Source: Chrysomallon squamiferum (taxonomy: Eukaryota > Animalia > Mollusca). From it: 64,000 bases of DNA. The stretch spans positions 3,906,001 through 3,970,000 of the forward strand of contig CM022675.1 in assembly GCA_012295275.1 (NCBI GenBank). The letters are read 5' to 3'. Below are positions 32,163 to 45,972 of the stretch, in pieces. The notes under the pieces were generated by a model. That model made no database searches. It saw nothing but the letters and a program-made list of their open reading frames with translations, and was not told where the DNA came from. Position numbers and translations under genes: made by a program. How positions within the stretch are numbered: position 1 is the stretch's first letter; each line of letters begins with the position of its first letter.

Positions 32163-34277
32163 TGACGATGTAATTAATTGTATATTAATATCTGTTATTC
32201 TATAATTATGCGTTTATCTACAACTGTGTATGCTTTAGTAGTATGAACGTTTTTATCTGTCTACCAATGTGTGTATGTGTGTCTGTGTGTCTGTATATAT
32301 ATATATGTATGTTCCCATATGTAATAATATATATATTTATGTACAAAGCATTAAATATTGTGGTAGTTGTTGCAATAGTATTAGTAGTAGTACTAATCGT
32401 AGCTGAAGTAGATGTGGCAGTAGTAGTGGCAGCAGTAGTAGCAAAATGTGTATAGTGATATTGTTTACAAAAGTCACCTATCTGCTTACAAGAAGATGAT
32501 CGAGAACTGTTGTTATTGAGATCAGGGTGCTCGAGTACTTTAACCCTTCGCCGCCCGCCGTTTTATGAGTTCTCTAAGACGTCGTCGTTAAGCGTTACGT
32601 CGCCATGTTGGATTTAATTCTGGTTAAAGATATAATTGTCGTGATCGTTATAAGTGGCGCACACACTGTTTGACGTAATTTACGTGACACGGGTTACTCA
32701 ATTAATGACGTTATAATGATCTGACGTACAATTGCAGCCAGATTCACGACCAGTCGTAACGAACAAAGATGTCGTAAACGAGGACCCTGTTAGGGTTTTA
32801 AAAAAAGATAACGTAATTTATTTTTTCTTCTTCTTCTTCTTTTTTTTTTTTTTTTTTTTGTTTCTTTATTTCGTTTTCTTCTTTTTAAAATGTATAACTG
32901 TTTTTCTTTTAACAAGAGGTTTAATATGAGTAATAGGTATACTTGGTAACATGAAAACCTGACTGAATGAATGACGAATAAATGAATGAATGAATGAATA
33001 AATGAATGAACGAATAAATAAATGAATCAGTGAATAAGTAAACAAATAAAGAAAATGCCTTCACAGTGTTTTAAAATTGAATTTATTTTAATTCAATACT
33101 AAAATTATTCACGTTGTTTAAATTATTATTCTGTTTTATTTATTTTAATGTATTTATTTATTTGTATTTTTTTAAAAACCTTTTTAAACTTAATTTATGT
33201 TTCTTCAACAAATGTAATTTAAAAATGAGCATTGATCTTATTAATTATTAAATAATAAGAAAAATAACAAAAAAAATCGCAAAAATAGGGACAATAAACA
33301 AACCAGCAACAAGTGGAACAAAACAAAAGAAAAATAAATAAATAAATAAATAACAAACGAGAGATAAAAATATAATCACAAAAAATATAATTAAAATAAA
33401 TAAATAATGAATAAAATATATATATAAAAAAATAAATAAACAAATAAACAAATAAACAAATAAATAAATAAAATAAAATAAAATAAAATAAAATAAAATA
33501 AAATAAAATAAAATAAAATAAAAAAAGTAAAAATTCAAAATTCAAATTTAATCACGTCACCCTAACAGAGCCTCTTACCGGAAATCGTGTACAGGGAGGG
33601 GGTCTAAAACTCGGATGGTGAGTAGCGCTGTTTTATCGCAGCCGAGATGATCATAATGTCCCAGCCTGACACCTGCGACGGGAATTGGTGCTCACCTATC
33701 AAACGATCAAACGACAAACCAGCTGGATGCAGCCCCTTGAGAGGCGCCCTCTGACGACTTTACCAGCGACACCTCGCAGATATCCTGTATCAGTTTTAAT
33801 AAAACCTTAAAGTCAGATCCCCGGCTCTCGGGCGCATTGTCGTATTAACGATTATTACACCTGATAGACGTCTACGCTGTATTATCTACGATAAATAGAT
33901 TATGGCTGTTTGTGTCAATACAAGATCACTTGCTCTGCATTTTTTATGAAACGACAATATGTCTTCGTCTGCTTTTCATTTGCGCTCGTCGCAGCGAAAC
34001 GATGCCATTAATACGAGAGTTCAGCTCGGCGTAAGAATACATTATGTTCACACAAAAGGTAAAGAGAAAAAAAGAGAAAAAATAACGACACCAAAAACTT
34101 AACATATTTTGTATATGTATATATCTATCTATCTATCTATATATATATATATATATATATATACACCGGTACCGCCACAAGTCCGTCATTCGGCTTCACT
34201 GACTGTCACGTTAATGGATTTACAGGTAAAAAGTTATTAGTGTACCTGTGTTACCTTTAATTACAGACGCTTTAACT

Positions 34278-34372
34278 GGCGGAGCGGGACGGTGAACGCG
34301 CGACTGAGTGAACCGTGCCACGTCGCGGGATCGACTCGCCTCGGTGCTCACAGTGGGTTGCCCTCGTTCTGG
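34278..34372 (+). mobile_element. Degenerate tRNA-derived SINE head
   Basis: ggcggagcgggacg...gcgggatcgactcgcctcggtg...ctcgttctgg shares the GGGATCGA B-box-like core with other relics in the window. Confidence 0.45.
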
Positions 34373-34510
34373 TTTGATCTTTATGACACGTCACGTGACC
34401 TGTGATTTACCTGTCTGTACAGTGTGAATATAAACAGTATGTACATCCCTCTCTCTCACTCCCTCTCTCTCACTCTCTGTCTCTCTCTCACTCACTCTCT
34501 CTGTCTCTGC

Positions 34511-34580
<70 letters not shown>

Positions 34581-34880
34581 CTTCTTCTTTTATTTATTAT
34601 TTTATTTTATTTTATATATATATATCTATTCTGGAATGAATTATATTTCGTGTAAATGATGAATCATCGATATGTGTCTATCTCTCTATTTATTTACTAG
34701 TACCTAGCTAACTATTTCTCTACTTTCTTCAAAATTTTATTTATTAAATATATATATATATCTATTCTGGAATAAATAGATTTCGTTTAAATGATGGATC
34801 ATCGATATGTGTCTATATTTATATATATATATATTTATGGAGACAAATATAAACACAAACACAGACAGACAGATAGATAG

Positions 34881-34911
<31 letters not shown>

Positions 34912-34946
34912 GATAGATAGATAGATAGAGAGACAGACAGACAGAC

Positions 34947-35085
<139 letters not shown>

Positions 35086-35279
35086 GAGACCGACCGACAG
35101 AAGACAGACAGGAACAACCTTTATCTAATATTAAAATAATAATAACAAAAATATCAGAAGCTAATAAATATTTTCTCTTTCAAAATATGCCATCTGATAT
35201 AATTTATTTATGTACGTATAATTATACTTAGAGATAGACAAACAGATAAAAGCACATATAAACTCACACAGATATATAC

Positions 35280-35405
<126 letters not shown>

Positions 35406-36166
35406 TGTACAAAAAACGACAGTACAAGTTTTGTAATAAAGACGTATCCACCAGGATCTGTGTTTTTATTGAAACTTAATTACCCGTCAAAAGAGAAATG
35501 TACTGAGAAGTTGTAAAACTAAATTTTATACAAAAACCCAACGCGATTTCACACACACACGCTTCAGGCGTTTGTGTCTTGCATAAAATCTTTGCTTCTT
35601 TATGTTAGAGCGACTGGTGTCAGCACTTGTCACCTGTGCGGGTGATTTGAAAACTGATAATCTTAATGCGAAATCTGGGAATTGTAAACGACATAGAGAC
35701 ATCGTTGAAATTAGCGACTCTGTTTTGTCGAGAGCTCGATTTCGTTTGTAACAACGACTGAAAGTTGCCAGTGTCTTGATTTGGGTCTGTTTCCACGTCT
35801 AACCAGTATTCAGAAAGTGATTTGTTAAAGTTGCAGTATGTGTTGTTTTGACAGTGTCTGTTATAACGTCTTGTTTTTGTAGATAAATGTTTTCAGTAGT
35901 TTGAACCAGAGTGTCTGTTGTGTCATCCTACACAAACATCTAATTACTGCTGATTTGAAATATGCGTGAGATAACGTTATCTGTATTAATATACTGATTC
36001 TTTCTTCTTTCTTTCTGTCTCTGTCTTTCTCTTTCTCTTTTTTCTTTTTATGTCTTTATCTCATTGTCTTTTCTCTTTCTCTCACTCTTTCTCTTTTCCT
36101 TTTAGACCGTCTGTATGTGTTTGTGTATGTGTGTGTGTCTGTATGTGTGTGTGTTTGTATGTGCGT

Positions 36167-36207
<41 letters not shown>

Positions 36208-37911
36208 TCTGTATGTGTGTGTGTATATGTGTGTGTATATGTGTGTGTCTGTGTGTGTGTGTGTGTGTATGTGTGTGTGTGTGTGTGTACATACACAGAA
36301 TAATATCACTCTAAAAATAAACATTTTCAACAAAATAAAGAAGGAAAAATATGTTTTTGTGATGAAATTATCATAGAAATAAAAAATAAAAAAGAACAAC
36401 AACAACAACAAAATAATAAATAAATATAAAATAAAATAAAATAAATAAATAAAAAAATAAAATAAAATAAAATAAAATAAAATAAAATACACACCACTAG
36501 TGGTAAACTGTATAACGGCGACTGTTACCGGAGACTTCGAGCACGTTAATCGTGGCCGGTCACGTGATACACATCCAGTGCGTCTCAGTACATATTTTAT
36601 TGTTTTGTTGTCATTGGAATTCAATGATATTTTCATTTACGACATTTGCCTTGTTAATTATGTGAAATAAACTGTGGCGTGATACCGCGTCGCCTTGCAC
36701 GGTGTCCAATATGTCCCTTAGTCGCAACCGGTGCATGTCAAATTAAAACCCCAGTGGGAGTTCACCCCGGGACTTCTCATCACCAGCGCTCGGAAGAGGA
36801 CCCTCTGTATACAAACACCGGCAACGTTTTGTGGAGTTTTCTAGCCATAAAATTTTCACAAAGAGTTGATAACACAGCACACGGAGCGAATGATTGTCTG
36901 GCGAAAAACTGTGTCTTTGAACTTTAGCTACCCACAGTGAAAATCTCCGCCAAGAAGTAGGGATAATCTTCACGTGGGAAATATCTTCGACTCGGTTATC
37001 TCCCTCTGCGAGCGATAAACCAATGAAAATCTCTCTTTATTAATTTGATGGCAAACTGACATCGTGGCTTATTATTTGTGATTTTTTTTCTTTTCTTTCT
37101 TTTTGTAATTAGCTACGCAAGGAGGATTTAATTGCTGGGAAATAATTAGCATACGAGAAAAATGTAAAATGTTTTATTCTTCTCTTTTCTTTTGATATCA
37201 GTGAAAATGATTTCTAAACCTTGCTGGGAGGTCTGTTTATGCTTCCTGAAAGCTTGTATTTGACACAATGATCAAAACGTGGGAAGTCATCATATTTTCT
37301 TAGCCATGGTCGACTCGTGGAAGGGCGGGGTCTGTAGAGCTGGTGGGTGAACAGTGGGGAAGCTCCGGGGGTCGTCGAAGTGTAAAGTGTGTAAGTACCT
37401 GTGAGACCTTTGGGGGCGAAAATAAAACATCGATATAGATAAGACCTAGTTAATGATTTCAATGAGTTTTGTTTGTGGGTGGGTCTGATTCAGAGGGTGT
37501 GGTTCTCCTCGCGGTTAAAGACACACTGAGGGGGTGTTGTGCGGGGGGTGGTGGAGGGTTTGTTGGGTGCATGTAATGTGAGTGGGGCCCGGGACTGTTC
37601 GTTATCACGTCTTGTCTAAGTGAGCGACAGAAGAGACGGAATATCACACAATGAAAACAACAACAGCAGCAGCAGCAACACTTGCATCATCATCATCTGG
37701 AACATCAACAATAACAACAACACTATCACGCCCAACCAATAGTAAACAAAAACAGTAGTAACAACAACAACAACAACAGCAAAATGGTAGTAACAAGTAT
37801 CATAATATTGAAGAAGAAGAAGAAGAAGAAGAAGAACAAAAAGATGTCGATGATGTTGAAGACGTTCATAGTTCGAACTAAAACAGACTAAGTTATAATA
37901 TATAACAAAAA

Positions 37912-38035
<124 letters not shown>

Positions 38036-38360
38036 CTACGAACATACATACATACATACATATATATATATGTATGTATGTATGTATGTACGTAGATGGT
38101 ACTTTTTATTTTTATTACTTCGTTGTAATAGATAATTCCTTGTAGTTGTATAAATATATATTATTTTGTATTATAATGCATTTAATTATATTATATTATA
38201 TTATATTATATTATATTATATTATATTATATTATATTTTTAATACGTATTTATCATATCAGTTAGATTTATTCTGTTTAAGCGTGTTTGTTGTAACTGTA
38301 CTTTGCTGAAAAGATAACTGTCTTATTATATAGTCAGACAGAAAAAAAAGAGGTAGGCAG

Positions 38361-38391
<31 letters not shown>

Positions 38392-38576
38392 TTATAGATA
38401 TACAGTTAGTGAGATGGATAATAACACACACAAACAAACACCCATATATAATTATATAGATAGATAGATAGATAGATAGACACACTGACAGATAGACTGA
38501 TAGATACATATGGATATAAAAATATAGATATACAATATATCGTTATGTTGACGTACTTCTGTAGAGCTATAACAGT

Positions 38577-38693
38577 TGTATTAAATTATTTGTATTAAAT
38601 CATTTGTATTAAATCATTTGTATTAAATCAGTTGTATTAAATCATTTGTATTAAATCAATTGTATTAAATCAATCGTATTAAATCATTTGTAT
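38577..38693 (+). repeat. 14-bp minisatellite (~8 copies)
   Basis: Unit tgtattaaatcatt with minor variants. Confidence 0.9.
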
Positions 38694-41028
38694 AATAGAT
38701 AAAGATGTCCGCAGGCGCACAAGTCGCGTGTTTTATTATTACTAAAAAGTGATAAAAATCTTGACTCTCTTCCACAAGACGTATTTTACATAACTGTGTA
38801 CTGGTGCGGAAGTGAAGCCGCTGAGTGAGGGAATGGGGGCATTTAATGCGACATTAATAAGTCAATAAAATTAACAATACATGTCACGACATCTGCTTAT
38901 CTCGCGTCTATTTTCACTTTCATGTGTCGCGAGGTGCAGGCGATAGCCTCGCTTTCGTTTACGACGTGTTAAATAAGCGTGATGATTGGTCGTTACCGGG
39001 CGGGTAGCAGACGGAAGCCGGGGGGCCGTGAAGACCTCGAATTGCGTTATGGGTGAAATTAATTGACAGGTTGATTGAGGAGCCGCGCGGTTTGTCATAA
39101 AAACAGGGGAGATAATACAATTATGAGTTCCGTGTGACGCGTGAATCGATTTCTTCACGTTAACCGCGTCCTGCGTAATAAAAACATCTGTCTCCAACCG
39201 CTGGTTACCAGTCCACCAGTTTAATCTTTAGTGACACCGTTTTTTGTTTCTTTTCTTTACTTTTATTTTATTTTATTTTGCTTTTTCCTTCTTCCTTCTT
39301 TCATTTTGATTTTTTCATTCTTTTTTTTTTTTATTTAAATTTTTTTTCTTTTTTTTTATTTAAATTTGTTCTTCTTTATTTTATTTTACCTTTCTTTCTT
39401 CTTTCTTTCAGTTTATTTTTCTTTCTTCTTTCTTTCTTCTTTCATTCATTTTTACTTTGTTCTTCTTCTTTCTTTCATTTTAATTTTTCATTCTTATTTC
39501 TTTCATTTTTACTGTTTTTGTGTCCATCTTTCATTTTTCTTTTTTCTTTTTCTTTCTTTCATTTTACTTTTCCTTCTTCTTTTCTTTAGTTTATCTTTTC
39601 ATTCTTTTCTAATTTCTTCATGTTAATTTCTTCCTGTCGCTCTTTTCTAAGAAAGCAGATATTTAAATTTCTTTTTAAGTCTAAAAATAAAAAATAAAAA
39701 TGATAATAATAAAAATAAATAAGTATGTGTGTGTGTGTATGTGTATATGTGTATGTGTGTATATGTTTGTGTATGTGTGTGTATGTGTATATGTGTGTGT
39801 ATGTAGTGTATGTGTGGTGTATGTATATGTGTATATGTGTGTGTGTGTGTATGTGTGTGTATGTGTGTGTATGTGTATGTATGTGTGTTTGTGTGTGTAT
39901 GTGTGTATGTGTGTATATGTATGTTGTATGTCTGCGTTTGTCGATATCCAAGCGTGTTATAGTAAATGTGTATTTTCTTATTCTTTCTTTTTTCTTTATC
40001 TCTTTATTTATTTGCCTGTCTGTCTGGTTGTTTGTTTGCTTGTTTTATTATTGTTAATGCCATTATTATTATTTTTATTATTTTATTATTGTTGTTGTTG
40101 TTATGATTAATTAATATTATTGTTATTCTTTATAATAAATAATTTCATTAATTTTCTTCTTTGCAGTAAATTAAATCTTAAAGTTGATGATGCAGAAGAA
40201 AATAAAATATTAAAAATGATTTTGTTGCAAAATTTAAAATTATATAGTTTATCTTGCTGTGGACCCTCGGTAACCATGCAGCTAATTTGCGTGCGTGTGC
40301 GTGTGTGCGTGCGTGCGTGTGCGTGTGTGTGTGTCGGCAGGCGTGCATGTTTGTATGTGATAACATCATAAAACAGCAAAAACAATTTGCACGTTTTATT
40401 AGATAATAAAACTAATAATGACTAAGTAATGACTATGAATATATTAACGTTATGACGTCATTACATGCGGGTTTTATTTGAAAACGGAATATTCTCTGTC
40501 ACTTTACGTTAACAGAACGTTCCCGAATTGTCACTAACGCAATATATTAATCAAAAACAAGAAAGAGAGAGAGAGAGAAAGGAAAATAAAATTAAAAAGG
40601 CACGTACATAAATAGAAAAGCGAAAACACCAGGTTCACAGTTTACTAAATAACCTTTTTTTGTCGTTATAAAACCGTCACTCGCTGTCTTACCTCCCTTT
40701 GATGTCACGTGACCCGTATTGGCTATGAACGTTTATTTATACATTATGCATATACATAAAACATATTATTACATATACACATACACAGAGGCGTAGTGGT
40801 AGTAATAATCGTAATGTTAGAATAGTAATAGTAGTATTAGCACTGATAGCTGTATTTTCAATAGTAGTATTCGTAGTAGTAGAAGTAGTAGTTTTCGTAA
40901 TAGTAGCTGCAGCAGTAGTAGTAGTTGTTGTTGTAGCAGCAGTAGCAGTAGTGATCGTGTTATTAATAGCTGAGTTGTAGTTCTAGTTATAGTATAGCTG
41001 CATTAGTAGTAGTAGTAGTACTAGCAGT

Positions 41029-41061
<33 letters not shown>

Positions 41062-41071
41062 TATAGTATTA

Positions 41072-41106
<35 letters not shown>

Positions 41107-41393
41107 ATAGTATAATAGTAGTAGTAGTAGTAGTAGTAGTAGTTGTAATAGCAATAACAGTTTTTGTTGTCGCATCAAAAGTAATTTTCCTTTTAGTATA
41201 GTAATATTGATGGTAGCAACAACAATAACATTATTATTAGTACCAACATAAGCTATTCGTTGTTTATGCAGAATTAAAGTCAGACACGATTTATAAGCCA
41301 AGAGCTCGACATCATTATTTTTAACTTTCTTTATCTTCATTACTGTAATAACTTGTCTGTCAGTTGACTAAAAAAAAACGTCCGTGCCATTCC

Positions 41394-41427
<34 letters not shown>

Positions 41428-42021
41428 AACGTCTCTGATTTGCATATGTCAGCTTGCAGGCATTATTATGTGGTGTTTAGGTTTGGGGTCAAGATGGATG
41501 TTTTGTTCTAATCACTCGACAGGCTGCCCCTTTCATCTCGGATGTTGTAAAACAGAAAAAAATCGTAAAAGTTTAGGGAAGCTGTCACAGGAGGGAGAAG
41601 TAAAAACGACGTCTGTCAGGACGTGAGCGGAGAGACTACAGGCAGACGTTAATCTCTGGAGATATATTAGTGTTGCGTTTATAACATGTTTAATTCATGT
41701 CGCAGGGTTTGATATCTCGTGTACGTCTGTGAGTGTTGTAAACCTGGTAGCAGTGATAGTGAAGTAGTAGTAGTAGGTGTTGTAGGTATTGTTGCTTGAG
41801 ATGACGAATAGTAGTTATAGTAATTGTAGTGATTGTAGTTGTTGTTTTTGTTGTTGTTATTATTGTTGTTGTTGTCGTTGTTGTTGTCGTTGTTGGGGTA
41901 AAAGTGGTAGTCCTGTCATAAAGTCCAGTCAGTCTAAAATTATTTATTTCGCTTGAAGTTGGCTTATTTTCAATAATTATTAAAAAGAAAAACGCGCACA
42001 CTTTCAATGATGATGATGATG

Positions 42022-42118
<97 letters not shown>

Positions 42119-42122
42119 CAAC

Positions 42123-42157
<35 letters not shown>

Positions 42158-43013
42158 CAATCATAATAACAAAAATAAATAAATAAATAAATAAATAAAA
42201 ATAATTTAAAATAATCAGTTTTAAATCTCTAATTTTAAACAAACGAAATTCACTGAAATTCTAAAAATTCTACCACATCAACGTTACGAACAAACTACTT
42301 CAGCACGTATCATTATCATTAAATAATTTCCAAACCCACCCACTCACTCGCCCACCCACCAACCCACCCACCGAAACACACACCCACACAAACACTGGAT
42401 TAACCTGCATCAGAATCGCAGTGCAGCACAAAACACAGAGATTTACTTTGCCCTCTAATTTCACGAGTCATAAGCTCGGGTAATCTGCAGACTTCGACTG
42501 GGTTTCGACGTCTGTGACGATCGAATTACGTCGACTGGTTCTCTGAAACGTTTACTCATTGAGTGGCAACCAGTGTCATCATCTTCATGATGGCCCATGA
42601 GAACGTTATGGTTTTTTAATCTCTAAATTGGGGTATAGGAATCTTTCACACGAACTCTCTGCGGACGCAGGTTGACCTTTTTGTCGTCCGCTGTTTAAAC
42701 TCACGGCTCGCTGGTTCGAAACCAAGAAGACGACTGCTGTATACAAGTACATTAACCTGTTATTCTTAGTGAAGTTTCAAAACATATAAACAAGCCACTT
42801 TGTGAAATAAAGTATTTATCTGTTTTGTTTGTTATCTGTGTACACCAAGTTAAATGCTGCAGGTTGTCAGCTATTTAGATTACAAAATTAAATTATGAAT
42901 TTACCTGTTACTGTTCTATGTATTTATTAAATCTGTAAAGTGCAAATTTCAACTGTTTCACATTCAAAACAGAGCTCCGATATTCATACTTTATATGCGT
43001 TGGCGGAAATAAT

Positions 43014-43065
<52 letters not shown>

Positions 43066-43241
43066 AATACTGTATCTTTTGTCTTCTTCTTTGGTACGGT
43101 CCTCTTTACAAAAATTCATAAATTAACTGTTAATATTAAAAACATTTTGGTGTTGTTGTTTAATTATTCATTAATTAATTCGTTTCTATATTTAAGTTTG
43201 TTAATGCTAAAATATATCGTGTATTCGTTGATTTCCCGTTA

Positions 43242-43330
<89 letters not shown>

Positions 43331-44020
43331 CGCTCTCTCTCTCCTTCTCTCGTTCTCTTTGTGTAAATATATATATGAATAAACAGACATACAGATAAAT
43401 AAATAATTAAATAACTAGACAATTAAACAAACAGACACACACAAACAAACAAATAAACAAATAAATAAATTTAACCATATTTTATTACCTGCATCGTTAC
43501 AGACAAATATTTTCTTTCTTTCTTTCTTAATCTTCAGTAAACAAACAACCTGAAAAAAAATGACGACCTGTCCTCAATACAGAGGTTAACGAGTGCGCGA
43601 TGTGGTACCCGTGTTTGCTCATTTCAAGAGAACTATTTATTACAATGAACACTTTTGTTCTTTTCGTTTGAAGTCCATTATTAAAACAATATTAATAATA
43701 ATAACAACAAATTTAGCATCATCAGTTGAAACGTAACAATTTATTAGCGTTGAGAACAAAAGCAAAAAACTCTGTTTATTTATTTATTTTTTATTAATAA
43801 TTATTTAGCACAAAAGACGAAAAGTTGACATACCTGTCAGTCTGTGTTTACCTGCTTAATGAGATCTTCATTAATGAACAAATTTTACCTTTGATGTTGT
43901 AATTATATTGAGTGACCTGTGCAATACACAAACATACCTGTGATTGATTGGGTATTCGGACAGGTAAGTTACCTAAGGCTCTACAAACGATGATAATTTT
44001 CACTTACTTGTTAAAAACTT

Positions 44021-44184
44021 GGTGGGTTGGATTTCACTGGTTTGAAAACTCATTTGAAGTGTGACAGAACCAGGGATCGATACTTGTAATCGTGCACAAA
44101 TATATCAGGTTTCTGGAATATGCTGTGCTGTTTATGAGAAGGTATGTGTACAAATCACTTGTTGCTAATTATTAAAAGTAGCCC
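44021..44184 (+). mobile_element. Degenerate SINE (tRNA head plus conserved central domain)
   Basis: gggatcgatac core, then gagaaggtatgtgtacaaatcacttgttgctaa...agtagccc, alignable by eye to the reverse complement of 56788-56825. Resembles the mollusc MetaSINE/MESC-type central domain (from memory). Confidence 0.5.
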
Positions 44185-44485
44185 GTCTATCATCTTTTAT
44201 TTTATTTTATTTAATTCATTCATATACCAGGTTCCCATTTGAGAATAAAAAAAAATATTTTTATTTATATGAATTTATAATATTAATATTAATATTAAAA
44301 TAATATTAAATTTTATGGGGCTAAAATTTCAAATAAATAAGAAAACATCAAAAATATGAACCTGTAACAATTCAGTATATTTATTTATTTTGTTTTTATT
44401 TATCAGATTAATTCTACTTGGGAAAATATAATCATTTAGATTGTGTAGGTTATACGCTTCAAGATTATTGTTAGATATAGTACAG

Positions 44486-44775
44486 TTATTACTACTCCCA
44501 CTACTACTATCGTCAGTATACTACTACTACTACTGCTGCTACTACTATTACTACTACTGCTACTACTATTACTACTGCTACTACTACTACTACTACTAGT
44601 ACTACTCCTACTGCTACTGCGACTATTCTGCTGCTGCTACTACTACTACTGCTGGTGCTACTACTACTACTGCTACTGCTACTACTATTACTACTACTAC
44701 TACTACTACTACTGCTACTACTACTACTGCTACTGCTACTACTACTGCTACTACTACTACTACTACTACTACTAT

Positions 44776-44810
<35 letters not shown>

Positions 44811-44817
44811 TTACTAC

Positions 44818-44882
<65 letters not shown>

Positions 44883-44883
44883 G

Positions 44884-44958
<75 letters not shown>

Positions 44959-44959
44959 T

Positions 44960-45000
<41 letters not shown>

Positions 45001-45106
45001 TTACTACTACTACTGCTACTGCTACTATTCTGCTACTACTACTACTACTACTATTACTACTACTACTGCTACTGCTACTATTCTGCTGCTGCTACTACTA
45101 CTACTT
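44486..45106 (+). repeat. Long (CTA)n microsatellite, representative of dozens of AAT/CTA/GT/AG/ATAC/AGAT tracts in the window
   Basis: ~620 bp of imperfect CTA/CTG triplets. Confidence 0.95.
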
Positions 45107-45225
45107 CTTCAACTGTCTTTGCTCCTGGCCAGTAAGGCCAGTTATAGACTATTCTTACTGAAATGATTTATTTCAACTTGTCCTGTGACAGAAAACTCAA
45201 GTAGAGAATTACTGATCGTACTAAA

Positions 45226-45283
45226 CGGTATCGATCCGACAACTAATCATTCATCAGGCGAGTGATCTAACCACGAACCCACA
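45226..45283 (-). mobile_element. Degenerate SINE head fragment
   Basis: Minus strand gtggttagatcactcgcctgatg...gtcggatcgatacc has A-box-like and B-box-like segments at tRNA-like spacing. Confidence 0.4.
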
Positions 45284-45898
45284 ACCAACGCATCGGCCAT
45301 TACACACGCATGTTATCTTTCTTAATAATCAGTCCACACATCATGTATTATCTAGCAAGAGGATATAAAATACCGCGAGTATTAATAATGCAAAAAGTGA
45401 TGACGTAATAAGCGATTTTTCGCGCGGGTTCGCGGTGAAACACCTTCCCTGCCCTCCGCGTTTATTGGTCAGATGATTTAACATCAAAGCCTTCCCATAA
45501 TTCCCTCGCGTGTCATTTGCAGACAACAAATCAGAGGTTTAGGCGAAATATGCGCATAATCAACTGAGGAAGATGACGACATCATTGTGAGCGCGCGCTC
45601 TATGACGTAGTTGTGTAACCTCTATGAAATATCTATGAGTTTACCTGTGAGATCAAAGAGGCCGCCGAGAGGCGCACAGGTGAAGGATTAGTTCTTGCAA
45701 TCATGAGAGCCGCGAACCGTGACGGAGGAATGTACTAATGAAGAATAATATTTTATTACCTTGAACGTCCGGGCGATGAATCGCTGCAAGATGTAAAATA
45801 AAACACTCGCGAAATCCTCCTCAGTTCTCTGACAATCTTCTGTTACGAGTGTGGTTAATCCTGAAGTGGTGGGATCGATTCCTGACACCGGCGTTTGT

Positions 45899-45972
<74 letters not shown>

